A DNA stretch of 24,883 nucleotides from a bacterium. Lineage in GTDB: Bacteria > Sysuimicrobiota > Sysuimicrobiia > Sysuimicrobiales > Humicultoraceae. This document shows positions 8,642 through 17,996 of the stretch, piece by piece (the first letter of the stretch is position 1; the number at the start of each line of letters is the position of its first letter). The stretch covers positions 1 to 24,883 of the forward strand of contig JBGQGY010000043.1 of the NCBI GenBank assembly GCA_041497675.1. The letters are read 5' to 3'. Position numbers and translations under genes: made by a program. The notes under the pieces are model-generated. The model did no database searches. It saw nothing but the letters and a program-made list of their open reading frames with translations, and was not told the origin of the DNA.

Positions 8642-9772
8642 ATGCAGGCCTATGACGTGATCGTCATAGGGGTAGGCGGCATGGGCAGCGCGGCCGTCTA
8701 TCATCTGACGCGGCGGGGAGTTCGGGTGCTGGGACTCGAGCAGTTCGACATCCCGCACGATCGAGGCTCGTCACACGGTGTCAACCGCATCATCCGGCTC
8801 GCGTACTTCGAGCATCCCTCATATGTGCCGCTGCTGCGACGCGCCTATGAACTGTGGCGCGAGATCGAAAACCTCGCCGGTGAGCGGCTGCTGGTCATCA
8901 CCGGCTCGGTCGACGCGGGGTTGCCGTCGAGCGAGACCGTCAAGGGCTCGCTGCTGGCCTGCGATCTGCATCACCTGCCGCATGAAGTGCTCGATGCGTC
9001 CGCGCTGCGGCGGCGCTTTCCGGGGTACCGGTTGCCCGACGACATGATCGCCGTCCACCAGCCCGACGGCGGGTTCGTGCTCTCCGAACGTGCGATCGTC
9101 GCCTACGTCATGGCGGCGCAGGATCTTGGAGCGGAAGTCCACGCGCGCGAGCCGGTGGTTGCCTGGCAGATGACCGGCGACCACATCGAGGTACGCACGG
9201 CCCACGACACGTATCGGGCCGATCGGCTGGTGATCACCGCCGGACCCTGGGCATCGCGGATGGTACCGGCGCTGGGGCGGCTCGCCCGACCCGAACGCCA
9301 GGTGTTGATCTGGACGCAGCCGCTGCGCCCAGAGTACTTTCGCCTCGGCGCGTTTCCCGTCTGCAACCTGAGAACGTCCGAGGGGCACTACTACGCATTC
9401 CCAGTGTACGGCGTCCCCGGGTTCAAGCTTGGGCGCTACCATCACCGCTACGAGCACGCTGATCCCGACGCGGTGGATCGCGAGATCCATCCTGAAGACG
9501 AAGCCGTGTTGCGGGACGGGATCCGTCGCTACTTTCCGGACGCCGACGGCCCGACGATGGCGATGAAGACGTGTCTATTCACCAACTCGCCGGACGAGCA
9601 TTTTATCCTCGACCGGCATCCACAGCATGCCAACGTGGCGATCGCGGCGGGCTTTTCGGGGCACGGCTTCAAGTTCTGCAGCGTCGTGGGTGAGATCATG
9701 GCCGACCTGGCGCTGGAGGGTGAAAGCCGGCATGACCTCGTCCTGTTCCGGCTCGGGAGGTTCGGCCCATGA
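8642..9772 (+). CDS. solA: N-methyl-L-tryptophan oxidase / monomeric sarcosine oxidase family flavoprotein
   Basis: YDVIVIGVGGMGSA, GSSHG.NRIIR, KTCLFTNSPDEHFILD (Cys at the covalent-FAD position), GFSGHGFKF. ATG at 8642. Confidence 0.9.
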   Translation: MQAYDVIVIGVGGMGSAAVYHLTRRGVRVLGLEQFDIPHDRGSSHGVNRIIRLAYFEHPSYVPLLRRAYELWREIENLAGERLLVITGSVDAGLPSSETVKGSLLACDLHHLPHEVLDASALRRRFPGYRLPDDMIAVHQPDGGFVLSERAIVAYVMAAQDLGAEVHAREPVVAWQMTGDHIEVRTAHDTYRADRLVITAGPWASRMVPALGRLARPERQVLIWTQPLRPEYFRLGAFPVCNLRTSEGHYYAFPVYGVPGFKLGRYHHRYEHADPDAVDREIHPEDEAVLRDGIRRYFPDADGPTMAMKTCLFTNSPDEHFILDRHPQHANVAIAAGFSGHGFKFCSVVGEIMADLALEGESRHDLVLFRLGRFGP

Positions 9773-10800
9773 GATTGTGCGTCTCGTCTTGTCTGGTCGG
9801 GCTGAGTCTTGCTCTGGTCTTCGCGCCTCAGGAGGTTGGGCACTCTGCCCAGTCCGCTCCAGTCTTCTTGCTCACGCAGAATTCCGTCATGGCGGCGGAC
9901 CTCTCGACTTCGCGGATCGTTGCCCGCCGGCCGCTTAAGGCCGGAGCAGCACGCAAAGTGGTTTCCGCTGGTGGCCTTGTCCTTCTTCAGGGCGAGCGGA
10001 CTGTTGAAGTCCTAGTGGCGCAAACGCTGGAGACGGTTCACACGATCGAATTCCGCGGAGAGATCCAGGACATCGCAGTCTCAGGGACTCTGCTGCTGGT
10101 GGCTTCAGGGTCTGAAATCCACATTGTGAGAATCGCGTCGACTGGGACGACATCGATCATCACATCGATCCGCCTGCCCAAAGGGGCACACGCCCTTGCG
10201 GCCCGCGGCACGTCCATTTATGCGATCGATGACGTGGTACGGCCATACTACTCGCACTTCATCGACATTCAAGACCCCTATGCGCCTCGAGTGATCACCA
10301 TGCAGTGGGCAGCGGTAATCGGGAGTTTGGTCAGCCAGGCGATCGCCGACCGCTGGTACGTGCTGGACACTTACCAGAGGGACATCACCGGTCGGCGGGG
10401 ACAGCGTGTCTGGGCGCTGTCATTGAAACCACCGATCGAAAGGCTCACACGGTGGGATATGGACGTCATGCCCCGGGGATCCGTCATGCGCGAGTTTCGA
10501 GTGCACGCCGACACAGTCTACTGGATCTGGGGCGGGGGAGACGACCGTGTATGGCTCTTCCGCCGCCGGCTCCAATCTGCGGGGGCTACGGAGAAGGTCA
10601 TCCCACTCGGGCCCTCCGGTGAGTGGGCCGGGTTGACGCCCCGCGGCACGATCGACCTGTTGGGTTCCAGGCTCTACGTCGCCGCGGCGAGACAGTTTCA
10701 GGCCTTCGACTTGGATGCATCCGGTCCACCCGTGCGGGTACTCCAGTTCAAGTCGCCGTCTCCTATCCTGTCGTTTGAAATTCCGCAGGCCGGCCGATGA
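9769..10800 (+). CDS. Secreted hypothetical protein, probable beta-propeller (LVIVD-like strands)
   Basis: Hydrophobic N-terminus. Repeated blade-like motifs: IQDIAVSGTLLLVA, AHALAARGTSIYAI, FIDIQDPYAPRVI, IDLLGSRLYVA..FQAFDL. ATGA overlap with the solA stop. Confidence 0.7.
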   Translation: MRLCVSSCLVGLSLALVFAPQEVGHSAQSAPVFLLTQNSVMAADLSTSRIVARRPLKAGAARKVVSAGGLVLLQGERTVEVLVAQTLETVHTIEFRGEIQDIAVSGTLLLVASGSEIHIVRIASTGTTSIITSIRLPKGAHALAARGTSIYAIDDVVRPYYSHFIDIQDPYAPRVITMQWAAVIGSLVSQAIADRWYVLDTYQRDITGRRGQRVWALSLKPPIERLTRWDMDVMPRGSVMREFRVHADTVYWIWGGGDDRVWLFRRRLQSAGATEKVIPLGPSGEWAGLTPRGTIDLLGSRLYVAAARQFQAFDLDASGPPVRVLQFKSPSPILSFEIPQAGR

Positions 10801-10882
10801 GGAGGCGCGAGGAGCACCATCGGCGGTGGTGACGGCGCGTCAGCCGGAAGGTAGACCCTGGGCCGTAGTGAAGACTAGGGCG

Positions 10883-11430
10883 ATGCGATACGCAGTTGTC
10901 GCGGCGCTGGGTATCCTCGCGGTCGCGCCCGCGGCCAGACGTCGACCGTGCGGTCCATTCACCTGACGAAGGCCGTCCTGGTGGCGTACACGGCGATCAG
11001 CGAGCGCGGGCAATACGTCGTGATGCTGCCGGCGACCACGCCGCTTCGAGAACTGGGCCACCGTACCGTGGCGAGAGAGCGGAAACCGTTGCGCGCGGGC
11101 GTCCCGGTACACTACTTCGTCGAAGACTTCCGGGTGTTCCGAGGCGTGTTCTTCGGCGTCGCGCCCGCCGACGACCACGTATGGTTGGTACGCCGAAACC
11201 TGGCGACCGAGACGGCCGAAACACAGCGAATCGTTGATCTTGGCCCTGTGGGATCGTTAGGCGCGGACCGTCGGGGGGCGATCGAACTGATCGGCTCGCG
11301 GCTCTACGTCGGCACATCGAGCGGCCTGGTCGGGTACGACCTCGATCCGGTTCGCGCGCCTACCCGCGTGGTAAACCTCCAGATGCCGTCGCCGGTGGTC
11401 TCGATCGCGATGCAGGTCCCGGGGCGATGA
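10883..11430 (+). pseudogene. Frameshifted, internally deleted paralog of the 9769-10800 gene
   Basis: A signal-peptide-like MRYAVVAALGILAVAPAA (ATG 10883) is in a different frame from ORF 10948-11430. That ORF aligns to the C-terminal part of the upstream protein (FRV, DD[RH]VWL.RR.L, LGP, RG.I.L.GSRLYV, DLD, PSP, terminal GR). Confidence 0.65.
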
Positions 11431-12851
11431 CCGAGGTCGACTATCTGGCGATGGCCCGCCGCGGCCTCCCGCCGGGACCGGCGGCGGGGAAGAAGGTCAT
11501 TGTCATCGGCGCCGGGGTGGCCGGCCTTATCGCCGCATACGAGCTCCTGCGCGCCGGGCACGACCCATTGATCCTGGAGGCGCAGCAACGTGTCGGCGGC
11601 CGCGTCCAGACGATGCGCGAGCCCTTTGCGCCCGGGCTCTACGCCGAAGCCGGCGCCATGCGCATCCCCAAGGCGCACTCGTTGACGCTCTCGTACGTCG
11701 AGAAGTTTTCGCTGCCGACGTTTCCGTTTACGATGAATAATCCGAAAGCGTACTATCATCTGCGTGGCCGCCAATACCGCGTCGGCGAGCTCAATTTGGA
11801 TCCGGAGAGCCTGGACTACGACATCGCCGAGCATGAGATCGGGAAAACCATCCACGACATGTGGGCCGAGGCGCTGCGGCCCATCGTCAAGAGGCTGGAA
11901 GCCGAAGGCGACGGGGCCTGGCCGCGCATCGTCGATGAGCACGACGAGTTTTCGGTGCGTGAGTTCCTCGAGGCCAGGCGGTGGTCCGAAGGCGCGATCG
12001 AGCTCTTTGGCATCATTTACAATTATGAAGCGCTGATGAATTCATCGTTTCTCGAGCTGCTCCGAGAGGAGATCGGCAACTTCTACACCGACATGGTCCA
12101 GCTCGAGGGCGGGATGGATCGGCTGCCGCGGGCGTTCCTGCCGGCGCTGCAGGACCGCATACGCTTCAGCGCCAAGATGGTTGCGCTCGACCAGACCCCC
12201 GATCAGGTCATCGTGCACTATCAAACCCTGACGGGTCGGCAGCAGGCCGTTGGCGACTACGCGATCGTGACGGTCCCGTTTCCACTACTGCGGCACGTGG
12301 AAGTGTTGAAGCCGTTCTCGCGGCCGAAACAGCGGGCGATCCGGCAACTGCACTATGATGCATCGGCCAAGATCTTCTTTCAGTGCCGGCGGCGATTTTG
12401 GGAAGAGGACGACGGCATCTTTGGTGGGGGCACGGTGACCGATCTTCCGGTACGGAACATCTACTATCCCGAGCACGGGCGCGATACTGGGCGGGGCATC
12501 CTGGTCGCCAGTTACACCTGGTCGGACGACGCGCACCGGTGGGGGTCGCTCTCGCCCCAGGATCGTCTCGTCCAGGCGTTGGAGAACGTGGCGTTGATCC
12601 ACCCCCAGGTGATGGACACCTTTGAAGTCGGCGCGTCGAAGATGTGGCATCATGACGAGTTTGCCGGCGGCGCGTTTGCGCTGTTCGATCCGGGGCAGCA
12701 GACGCTGCTCTATCCGCATATCATCGCCCCCGAGGGACGTATCCACTTCGCCGGAGAGCACGCCTCGCTGACACACGCGTGGATCCAGGGGGCAATCGAG
12801 TCCGGGCTCCGCGCGGCGCACGAGATCCATCAGGCGGCCTTGAGGGTGTAG
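11427..12851 (+). CDS. Flavin monoamine oxidase family protein / L-amino-acid oxidase-like
   Basis: KKVIVIGAGVAGL, ILEAQQRVGGRVQT, EAGAMRIP, GGMDRLP, KIFF, IHFAGEHAS...WIQGAIESG. No signal peptide. Confidence 0.92.
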   Translation: MTEVDYLAMARRGLPPGPAAGKKVIVIGAGVAGLIAAYELLRAGHDPLILEAQQRVGGRVQTMREPFAPGLYAEAGAMRIPKAHSLTLSYVEKFSLPTFPFTMNNPKAYYHLRGRQYRVGELNLDPESLDYDIAEHEIGKTIHDMWAEALRPIVKRLEAEGDGAWPRIVDEHDEFSVREFLEARRWSEGAIELFGIIYNYEALMNSSFLELLREEIGNFYTDMVQLEGGMDRLPRAFLPALQDRIRFSAKMVALDQTPDQVIVHYQTLTGRQQAVGDYAIVTVPFPLLRHVEVLKPFSRPKQRAIRQLHYDASAKIFFQCRRRFWEEDDGIFGGGTVTDLPVRNIYYPEHGRDTGRGILVASYTWSDDAHRWGSLSPQDRLVQALENVALIHPQVMDTFEVGASKMWHHDEFAGGAFALFDPGQQTLLYPHIIAPEGRIHFAGEHASLTHAWIQGAIESGLRAAHEIHQAALRV

Positions 12852-12957
12852 GGCGGCAGGGAAGCCGATCATCACCCCGAACGTGCGAATTGCGCCCCAG
12901 CGGGTTCCCACACGTCGTGCTGGAGTAGGAAGGGCACTAAGTCGGGGAGGTGTGCGG

Positions 12958-13233
12958 ATGGGATGGATGGATCGGCTCAAGCAGACGGCGGAGAAGGCGG
13001 CCGGTCAGGCAGAGGACATGGCGGCCATCGGCAAGTTAAAGGTGGAGATTCGTCAGCTGGGCGGCAAGATGGAGGACGCGTTCAAGGCGATCGGGGCCAA
13101 GGTATACGATCTCTCCGAGTCGGGGACGCAGTTCCCCGCCGATGTGGCGGCCCTTTGCAAGACAGCGGACGAGTTCGCCGATGCGATCAAAGCCAAAGAG
13201 GCTGAGATCGAGAAGGTCAAAGCGGGAGGCTAG
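12958..13233 (+). CDS. Small helical/coiled-coil hypothetical protein (91 aa)
   Basis: RBS GGGGAGG at 12944-12950, ATG 12958. MGWMDRLKQTAEKAAGQAEDMAAIGKLKVEIRQL...AIGAKVYD resembles the helical N-terminal region of zinc-ribbon-domain proteins, but there are no CxxC pairs. Confidence 0.8.
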   Translation: MGWMDRLKQTAEKAAGQAEDMAAIGKLKVEIRQLGGKMEDAFKAIGAKVYDLSESGTQFPADVAALCKTADEFADAIKAKEAEIEKVKAGG

Positions 13234-13238
13234 CGGCC

Positions 13239-14075
13239 ATGATTCATCTTCTTGCCATTTTCGCGGCATTTATCCCCGCGCTCCTCTGGCTGTGGTTTTT
13301 CAACACCCGTGACAGGTACGAGCGCGAGCCCAAGAGCATGATCCTCAAACTGTTCCTGTGGGGGGTCCTTTCGGGTCCCTGGGCGGCCGGCTTCAACGAA
13401 ATGTTCACCCAGATCTGGGGCCCGGTCATCAAGGGGGCGCCATCTTTCGGCGTGTTTGCGGCGTTCCTGTTCATCATGGTGTACGCAATGGCGCTCAACG
13501 AGGAAACGATGAAATTCATCGTCACCAACAACGAGGTACGGGGAGACAAGAATTTCAACGAGCCGGTCGACGGCATGATCTATATCACCGCGGCCGCATT
13601 GGGTTTTGCGGCCGGTGAGAACACACTGTACATTGTCGGGTCCTTTTTCCAGGTGTTTCAGTCCGCGGTGAAAGCCGGGGTGCCGGCGCAGGGGGCGCTC
13701 ACGCAGGCCTTCGTCGCCTCCTTCGGGGTCCTGGCCCCGATACGCTCGCTGATCACCGCGGTGGGCCACGTCACCTGGTCGGGCATCACCGGCTACTTCC
13801 TGGGCAGGGTGGTCGTCGGCGGCGGATCGAAGGGGCTGGTGACGATGGGCGTCCTCCTGGCGGGCCTGTTGCACACGGCGTTTAATTATCCCCTGTCCCT
13901 GGGATCGGTCATTGATCCGAACGCCGGGTTGTTCAACCGCTTCTTCCTCATCGCGCTGGGCGCATGGCTTATCGGGTTGATCATTTACTTCAGGCTCCTG
14001 CGGCGGGCGCTCGCGGCCTCGCCGTTCCGGACGCAGCAGATCGCCGGGACAGCAGCGGCGCCGGCCAAACCGTAG
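13239..14075 (+). CDS. prsW: PrsW-family intramembrane glutamic protease
   Basis: Multi-TM protein with RDRYEREP, NEETMKF (EExxK), FNEPVDGMIY....LGFAAGEN, R.....GH and LLHTAFN. Confidence 0.9.
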   Translation: MIHLLAIFAAFIPALLWLWFFNTRDRYEREPKSMILKLFLWGVLSGPWAAGFNEMFTQIWGPVIKGAPSFGVFAAFLFIMVYAMALNEETMKFIVTNNEVRGDKNFNEPVDGMIYITAAALGFAAGENTLYIVGSFFQVFQSAVKAGVPAQGALTQAFVASFGVLAPIRSLITAVGHVTWSGITGYFLGRVVVGGGSKGLVTMGVLLAGLLHTAFNYPLSLGSVIDPNAGLFNRFFLIALGAWLIGLIIYFRLLRRALAASPFRTQQIAGTAAAPAKP

Positions 14076-14102
14076 CCGGCGAGCCGGCCGGCCGGGGAGG
14101 CG

Positions 14103-14597
14103 ATGGATTCACGCGGGGGCTGGGTCAGGTCGGGGCTGGGCTGGCTCGGAGGCATCGCCGCCATGATTGCGCTGGCGGTCGTCGCCCACCGGTGGCCGCT
14201 GCTCGCCGAGGTCCAGCAGGCGATCGATCGGCACAAGGCCGTGAAGATCGGCGTGGCCGTCATGACCGGCCTGAGCGGTCTGGCGTTCATCGGCGGCGGG
14301 CTCTACGCGATGGCGACGGGGGTTGCCAACGGCAGCGAGAAGACGCCGGGGACCCCCGCCGCCAGCTTTCAAGTGGAGCTCTCCATGCACGAGATCAAGG
14401 ACGCCTGGCACGCCCGGCGGTGGGCGACCGACCCCCGCTGGCGGTTCATGTTCTTCATGATGACAACCGGCTTCCTCATGGCGACCGGTCTGCTGGCAAC
14501 GATTTTTGTGCTCGGGGATGTGTTCGCGAAGCTCCTGACCGCACTCATGTTTCTATACGCGTTCGTCCGCACCGTATGGGCGTTCGCGCAGGCGTAG
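14103..14597 (+). CDS. Hypothetical 4-TM membrane protein, paralog A
   Basis: RBS GGGGAGG. Four hydrophobic segments. Shares SF.VE.S..E.K.AW...RW.....WRF.FFMM.T and FVLG...FLYA with 17485-17991. Confidence 0.8.
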   Translation: MDSRGGWVRSGLGWLGGIAAMIALAVVAHRWPLLAEVQQAIDRHKAVKIGVAVMTGLSGLAFIGGGLYAMATGVANGSEKTPGTPAASFQVELSMHEIKDAWHARRWATDPRWRFMFFMMTTGFLMATGLLATIFVLGDVFAKLLTALMFLYAFVRTVWAFAQA

Positions 14598-14607
14598 ACA
14601 GGGCATC

Positions 14608-15492
14608 GTGCCGCTGATCGCGCAGAGCGCGTGGTGGATCGCCCCGGCCTTCGTGCTGGCGCTGTTCATGGTCTACGCCATGATGGAGCACATGGCCACA
14701 TTGCTGGTGAAACGCCCGCGCCAGGGCGGTGTGCAGGTTGACGCCGCCGAGCTGCGGCGCCGGCTGGTCGGTTTGAACAACCCCGCCAGACCCTACCGGT
14801 TGATCGATGGCAAGGTCTCCGACCTGGAGCTCGACTGGACGGTAGTCGACGAGTCCTGGGCGACCCGTTTCTCTAGCGTCAAGTTGTCGACCGTCTACTA
14901 CGCGCGCCTGTTGCTCGACGATGTGCGGCACGAGGCGCGATGGTTCGAAGTGCTGCGATCGTCCAACGTGTTTCTCGGGTTCGACGGGTGGATTCCCCGC
15001 CTCAACTTTGGTTTCTGGATTCAGGCCGGCTTCATGAGCGGGGCCTGGCGAGGCACGGCGTACGGCATCCAACCCGGGTTTCCGGCCCGCCTCGGTGGGA
15101 GTCAACCGTTCTCGGTCAACATCGATCAGGTCAAGCAGGACGTCCGCGGCGTCGTCACGCGAAGTGGCTGGACGTTCCGGCCGACGGTCTTTTGGTTTCA
15201 AACGAAGCGCCGGAGTGTCGCGTTCACCGAGGCGTTGTTGCCGGCGTTCATGAAGGAGTGGCCGGCGCGACGGTTCTGGCGCATTGTCTACCCCGCGAGC
15301 TTCGTTGCGACGGTCGGATGGATCTGGTGGGTCGCCGGGGGTGGGCGGAGCAACCTCCTTGCTATGGCGGCCTTCTCCGCGTTCTGGTGGGCAATCTGGG
15401 GATTCATCCTGCTGATCTTCAAGATCACATCCGGCGAGTGGGCGCCCGGCCGCCGGAACGCTAGCCGTGGTGACAGGAACCGGGGGTTGTAA
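14608..15492 (+). CDS. Hypothetical membrane protein (N-terminal TM, soluble Trp-rich middle domain, two C-terminal TMs)
   Basis: 294-aa ORF filling the gap, GTG start, TAATG coupling to glpK. Confidence 0.78.
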   Translation: MPLIAQSAWWIAPAFVLALFMVYAMMEHMATLLVKRPRQGGVQVDAAELRRRLVGLNNPARPYRLIDGKVSDLELDWTVVDESWATRFSSVKLSTVYYARLLLDDVRHEARWFEVLRSSNVFLGFDGWIPRLNFGFWIQAGFMSGAWRGTAYGIQPGFPARLGGSQPFSVNIDQVKQDVRGVVTRSGWTFRPTVFWFQTKRRSVAFTEALLPAFMKEWPARRFWRIVYPASFVATVGWIWWVAGGGRSNLLAMAAFSAFWWAIWGFILLIFKITSGEWAPGRRNASRGDRNRGL

Positions 15493-17024
15493 TGGCGGGG
15501 GAGTATCTTGCCGCCATCGACCAGGGGACGACGGGCACGCGGTGCATCCTCTTCGATCTTCGCGGTCAGGCGGTTGCGTCGGCCTACCGCGAGCACCGGC
15601 AGATCTTCCCGCAGCCTGGCTGGGTGGAGCACGACCCGCTGGAGATCTGGGGTCGCACCGAGGAGATCGTGGCTGAGGCCGTGCGCGCGGCCCCGATCGG
15701 GCGCATCCTGGGCGTCGGCGTCACCAACCAGCGTGAGACTACCGTCGCTTGGGACGGGCGCGGCGGACGCCCAGTCTACAACGCCATCGTCTGGCAGGAT
15801 ACACGCACAGAGCCTGACTGCCGGGCGTTGATCGAGGCAGGATGGCAGGATGATACCCGCGCGCGCACCGGGCTGCCGATCAGCACGTACTTCTCGGCGA
15901 CGAAGATCCGCTGGCTGCTGGCGAACGTTCCCGAGGTGCGCGATCTGGCCGCTGCCGGTCACCTGCGTCTGGGCACCATCGACGCTTGGCTGATCTGGAA
16001 CCTCACCGGGGGGCCACGGGGCGGCGCGCACGTCACCGACGCGACGAACGCGTCGAGGACGTTGCTCTGCAACCTAAACGACCTGTCGTGGGATCGCGTG
16101 CTGCTCGACCGCTTCGGTGTGCCGGCGGGCGCGCTTCCCCAGATCCGTCTGTCGGCATCGCGGGAGCCGTACGGGTTCACGTCTGCCGACGGCCCGTTCG
16201 GCGACCGGTTGCCGGTGTGCGGAGACCTCGGAGACCAGCAGGCCGCCCTTGTGGGTCAGGCGTGCTTCTCATCGGGAGAGGCCAAGAACACCTACGGCAC
16301 GGGATCGTTCTTGCTGCAGCACGTGGGCGGCACGCCGGCGCGGAGCACGCACGGGCTGCTCGGTACCGCGGCGTATGCGTTCGGCGCGGGGGAGTCTGGC
16401 GCGGCGACGGACGGACGAGCCTACGCGCTCGAAGGGTCGGTGGCGATCACCGGCGCGGCGGTCCAGTGGCTGCGCGACAACCTGGGGCTCATCTCGAACG
16501 CGGCCGAGACCGAGGCGATCGCGCAGACGGTGCCAGATGCCGGCGGCATCTACTTCGTGCCGGCGTTTTCGGGGCTCTTCGCCCCGTACTGGGACATGAG
16601 CGCCCGCGGCGCCATTGTCGGGCTCACACGATTCGTCACCAAGGCGCACCTGGTACGTGCCACGCTCGAGGCCATCTGTTTTCAGAGTCGCGAGGTGCTC
16701 GACGCGATGGTGGCGGACAGCGGGACACCGGTGAGTGTCCTCAAGGTCGACGGCGGCGCAACCGCCAACAACTTCCTCATGCAGCTGCAGGCGGATATCC
16801 TTGGCGTGCCGGTCGTGCGGCCGGCGGTCCGTGAGACGACGTCCCTCGGCGCGGCCTATGCCGCGGGGCTGGCCGTAGGTGCTTACGCGTCGACAGACGA
16901 GTTGCGGAGCCTGTGGCGGGCGGACCGAACGTTCGAGCCCACCTGGGATGCCGCGCGGCGGGAGGCGGCGCTCGCGGGGTGGAAGAGGGCCGTCGAACGG
17001 ACTCGCCGCTGGCTGGAGCCTTGA
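15492..17024 (+). CDS. glpK: Glycerol kinase
   Basis: AAIDQGTTGTR, PQPGWVEHDP, TNQRETT, NAIVWQDTRT, YFSATK, TDATNASRT, GDQQAAL.GQ, KNTYGTG, YALEGS, VPAFSGLFAPYW, KVDGG. Confidence 0.97.
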   Translation: MAGEYLAAIDQGTTGTRCILFDLRGQAVASAYREHRQIFPQPGWVEHDPLEIWGRTEEIVAEAVRAAPIGRILGVGVTNQRETTVAWDGRGGRPVYNAIVWQDTRTEPDCRALIEAGWQDDTRARTGLPISTYFSATKIRWLLANVPEVRDLAAAGHLRLGTIDAWLIWNLTGGPRGGAHVTDATNASRTLLCNLNDLSWDRVLLDRFGVPAGALPQIRLSASREPYGFTSADGPFGDRLPVCGDLGDQQAALVGQACFSSGEAKNTYGTGSFLLQHVGGTPARSTHGLLGTAAYAFGAGESGAATDGRAYALEGSVAITGAAVQWLRDNLGLISNAAETEAIAQTVPDAGGIYFVPAFSGLFAPYWDMSARGAIVGLTRFVTKAHLVRATLEAICFQSREVLDAMVADSGTPVSVLKVDGGATANNFLMQLQADILGVPVVRPAVRETTSLGAAYAAGLAVGAYASTDELRSLWRADRTFEPTWDAARREAALAGWKRAVERTRRWLEP

Positions 17025-17026
17025 AG

Positions 17027-17488
17027 ATGAATCCGCTGCCCCTGTTCGTCAGACTCAAACGGGACTTCTGGGGTTTCTTTGGCGCCATTTGGCTGCTCGG
17101 CGGCGTGATGATGCTCGTCATCGGGATCCCGATCGCGTGGCGGAGCCGTGATTTCACGATGGCGGCCGGTGGTCTGATCCTCACCGCGATCGGCGGTCGA
17201 TTGGTGACGACCGCCCTGAGACGGCTCCGGACGGAGGAGCGCCTGCTGCGTGAGGGCCTGTCGGCGGAGGCCGAGGTCATCGCGGTGGAGGAGACCACTG
17301 TGCGCTTCAACCGGCAGCCGCAGTGGGTCATCCGATATCGCTACACCGATCGCATGGGCGAAGCCCACGAGGGACGCAGCGGGTATCTCGATCCCGAAGA
17401 GGCCGCTGCATGGTCGCCTGGAGATCGCGGGGTGGTCCGTTTCGATCCGAGGCGCCCGGGCGTCAGCATCTGGATTGGGAAAGCGTGA
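17027..17488 (+). CDS. DUF3592-like membrane protein
   Basis: Two TMs followed by G..AEAEV..V.....RFN.QP...IRYRYTD..G..H.G.S...W.PGD...VRFDP.RP.S, an OB-fold-like DUF3592 pattern. ATG lies 2 nt after the glpK stop. Confidence 0.78.
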   Translation: MNPLPLFVRLKRDFWGFFGAIWLLGGVMMLVIGIPIAWRSRDFTMAAGGLILTAIGGRLVTTALRRLRTEERLLREGLSAEAEVIAVEETTVRFNRQPQWVIRYRYTDRMGEAHEGRSGYLDPEEAAAWSPGDRGVVRFDPRRPGVSIWIGKA

Positions 17489-17991
17489 GAAGGCTGCTTC
17501 GGGCGGCGGGGTATTTTGTCACGATCCCGTTGGTCCTCGTTGTCATCGCCGTTGGGGAATGGTTGCCGTTCATGCGGGTTCTGGATGCCGCAATCAAAGC
17601 CTCGCGCCAAACCTATCTCAATGTGATGATCACCCTACTGGTCATCGGATGGGGCGGGTTCTTTGCCGCGATCATCTACGGCGCGGTGACGGGGATGCCG
17701 TCCCGGCGTTTGGGTCAGCCGGTGCCCGAGGACTCCGCAGAGCAGACGGCCGGCGGATCGTTCGACGTCGAGGTATCGTTTCGTGAGGTCAAGCAGGCGT
17801 GGCGGCAGCAGCGGTGGCGTGACAACCGCGTGTGGCGCTTCACCTTCTTCATGATGGCGACGGTCGTCGTGGCCATCGTGGGTATGTTCGGCTTGTTCTT
17901 CGTGCTCGGGCCCAACGGGATCAGGCTGATCATAGCCTCGGCTTTTCTCTACGCGACGGCGATGACCGTCTATGGGTTCCTCATCAACTAA
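17485..17991 (+). CDS. Hypothetical 4-TM membrane protein, paralog B
   Basis: GTGA overlap with the DUF3592 stop. Clear homology to 14103-14597, of similar length (168 vs 164 aa). Confidence 0.8.
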   Translation: MRRLLRAAGYFVTIPLVLVVIAVGEWLPFMRVLDAAIKASRQTYLNVMITLLVIGWGGFFAAIIYGAVTGMPSRRLGQPVPEDSAEQTAGGSFDVEVSFREVKQAWRQQRWRDNRVWRFTFFMMATVVVAIVGMFGLFFVLGPNGIRLIIASAFLYATAMTVYGFLIN

Positions 17992-17996
17992 CACGC

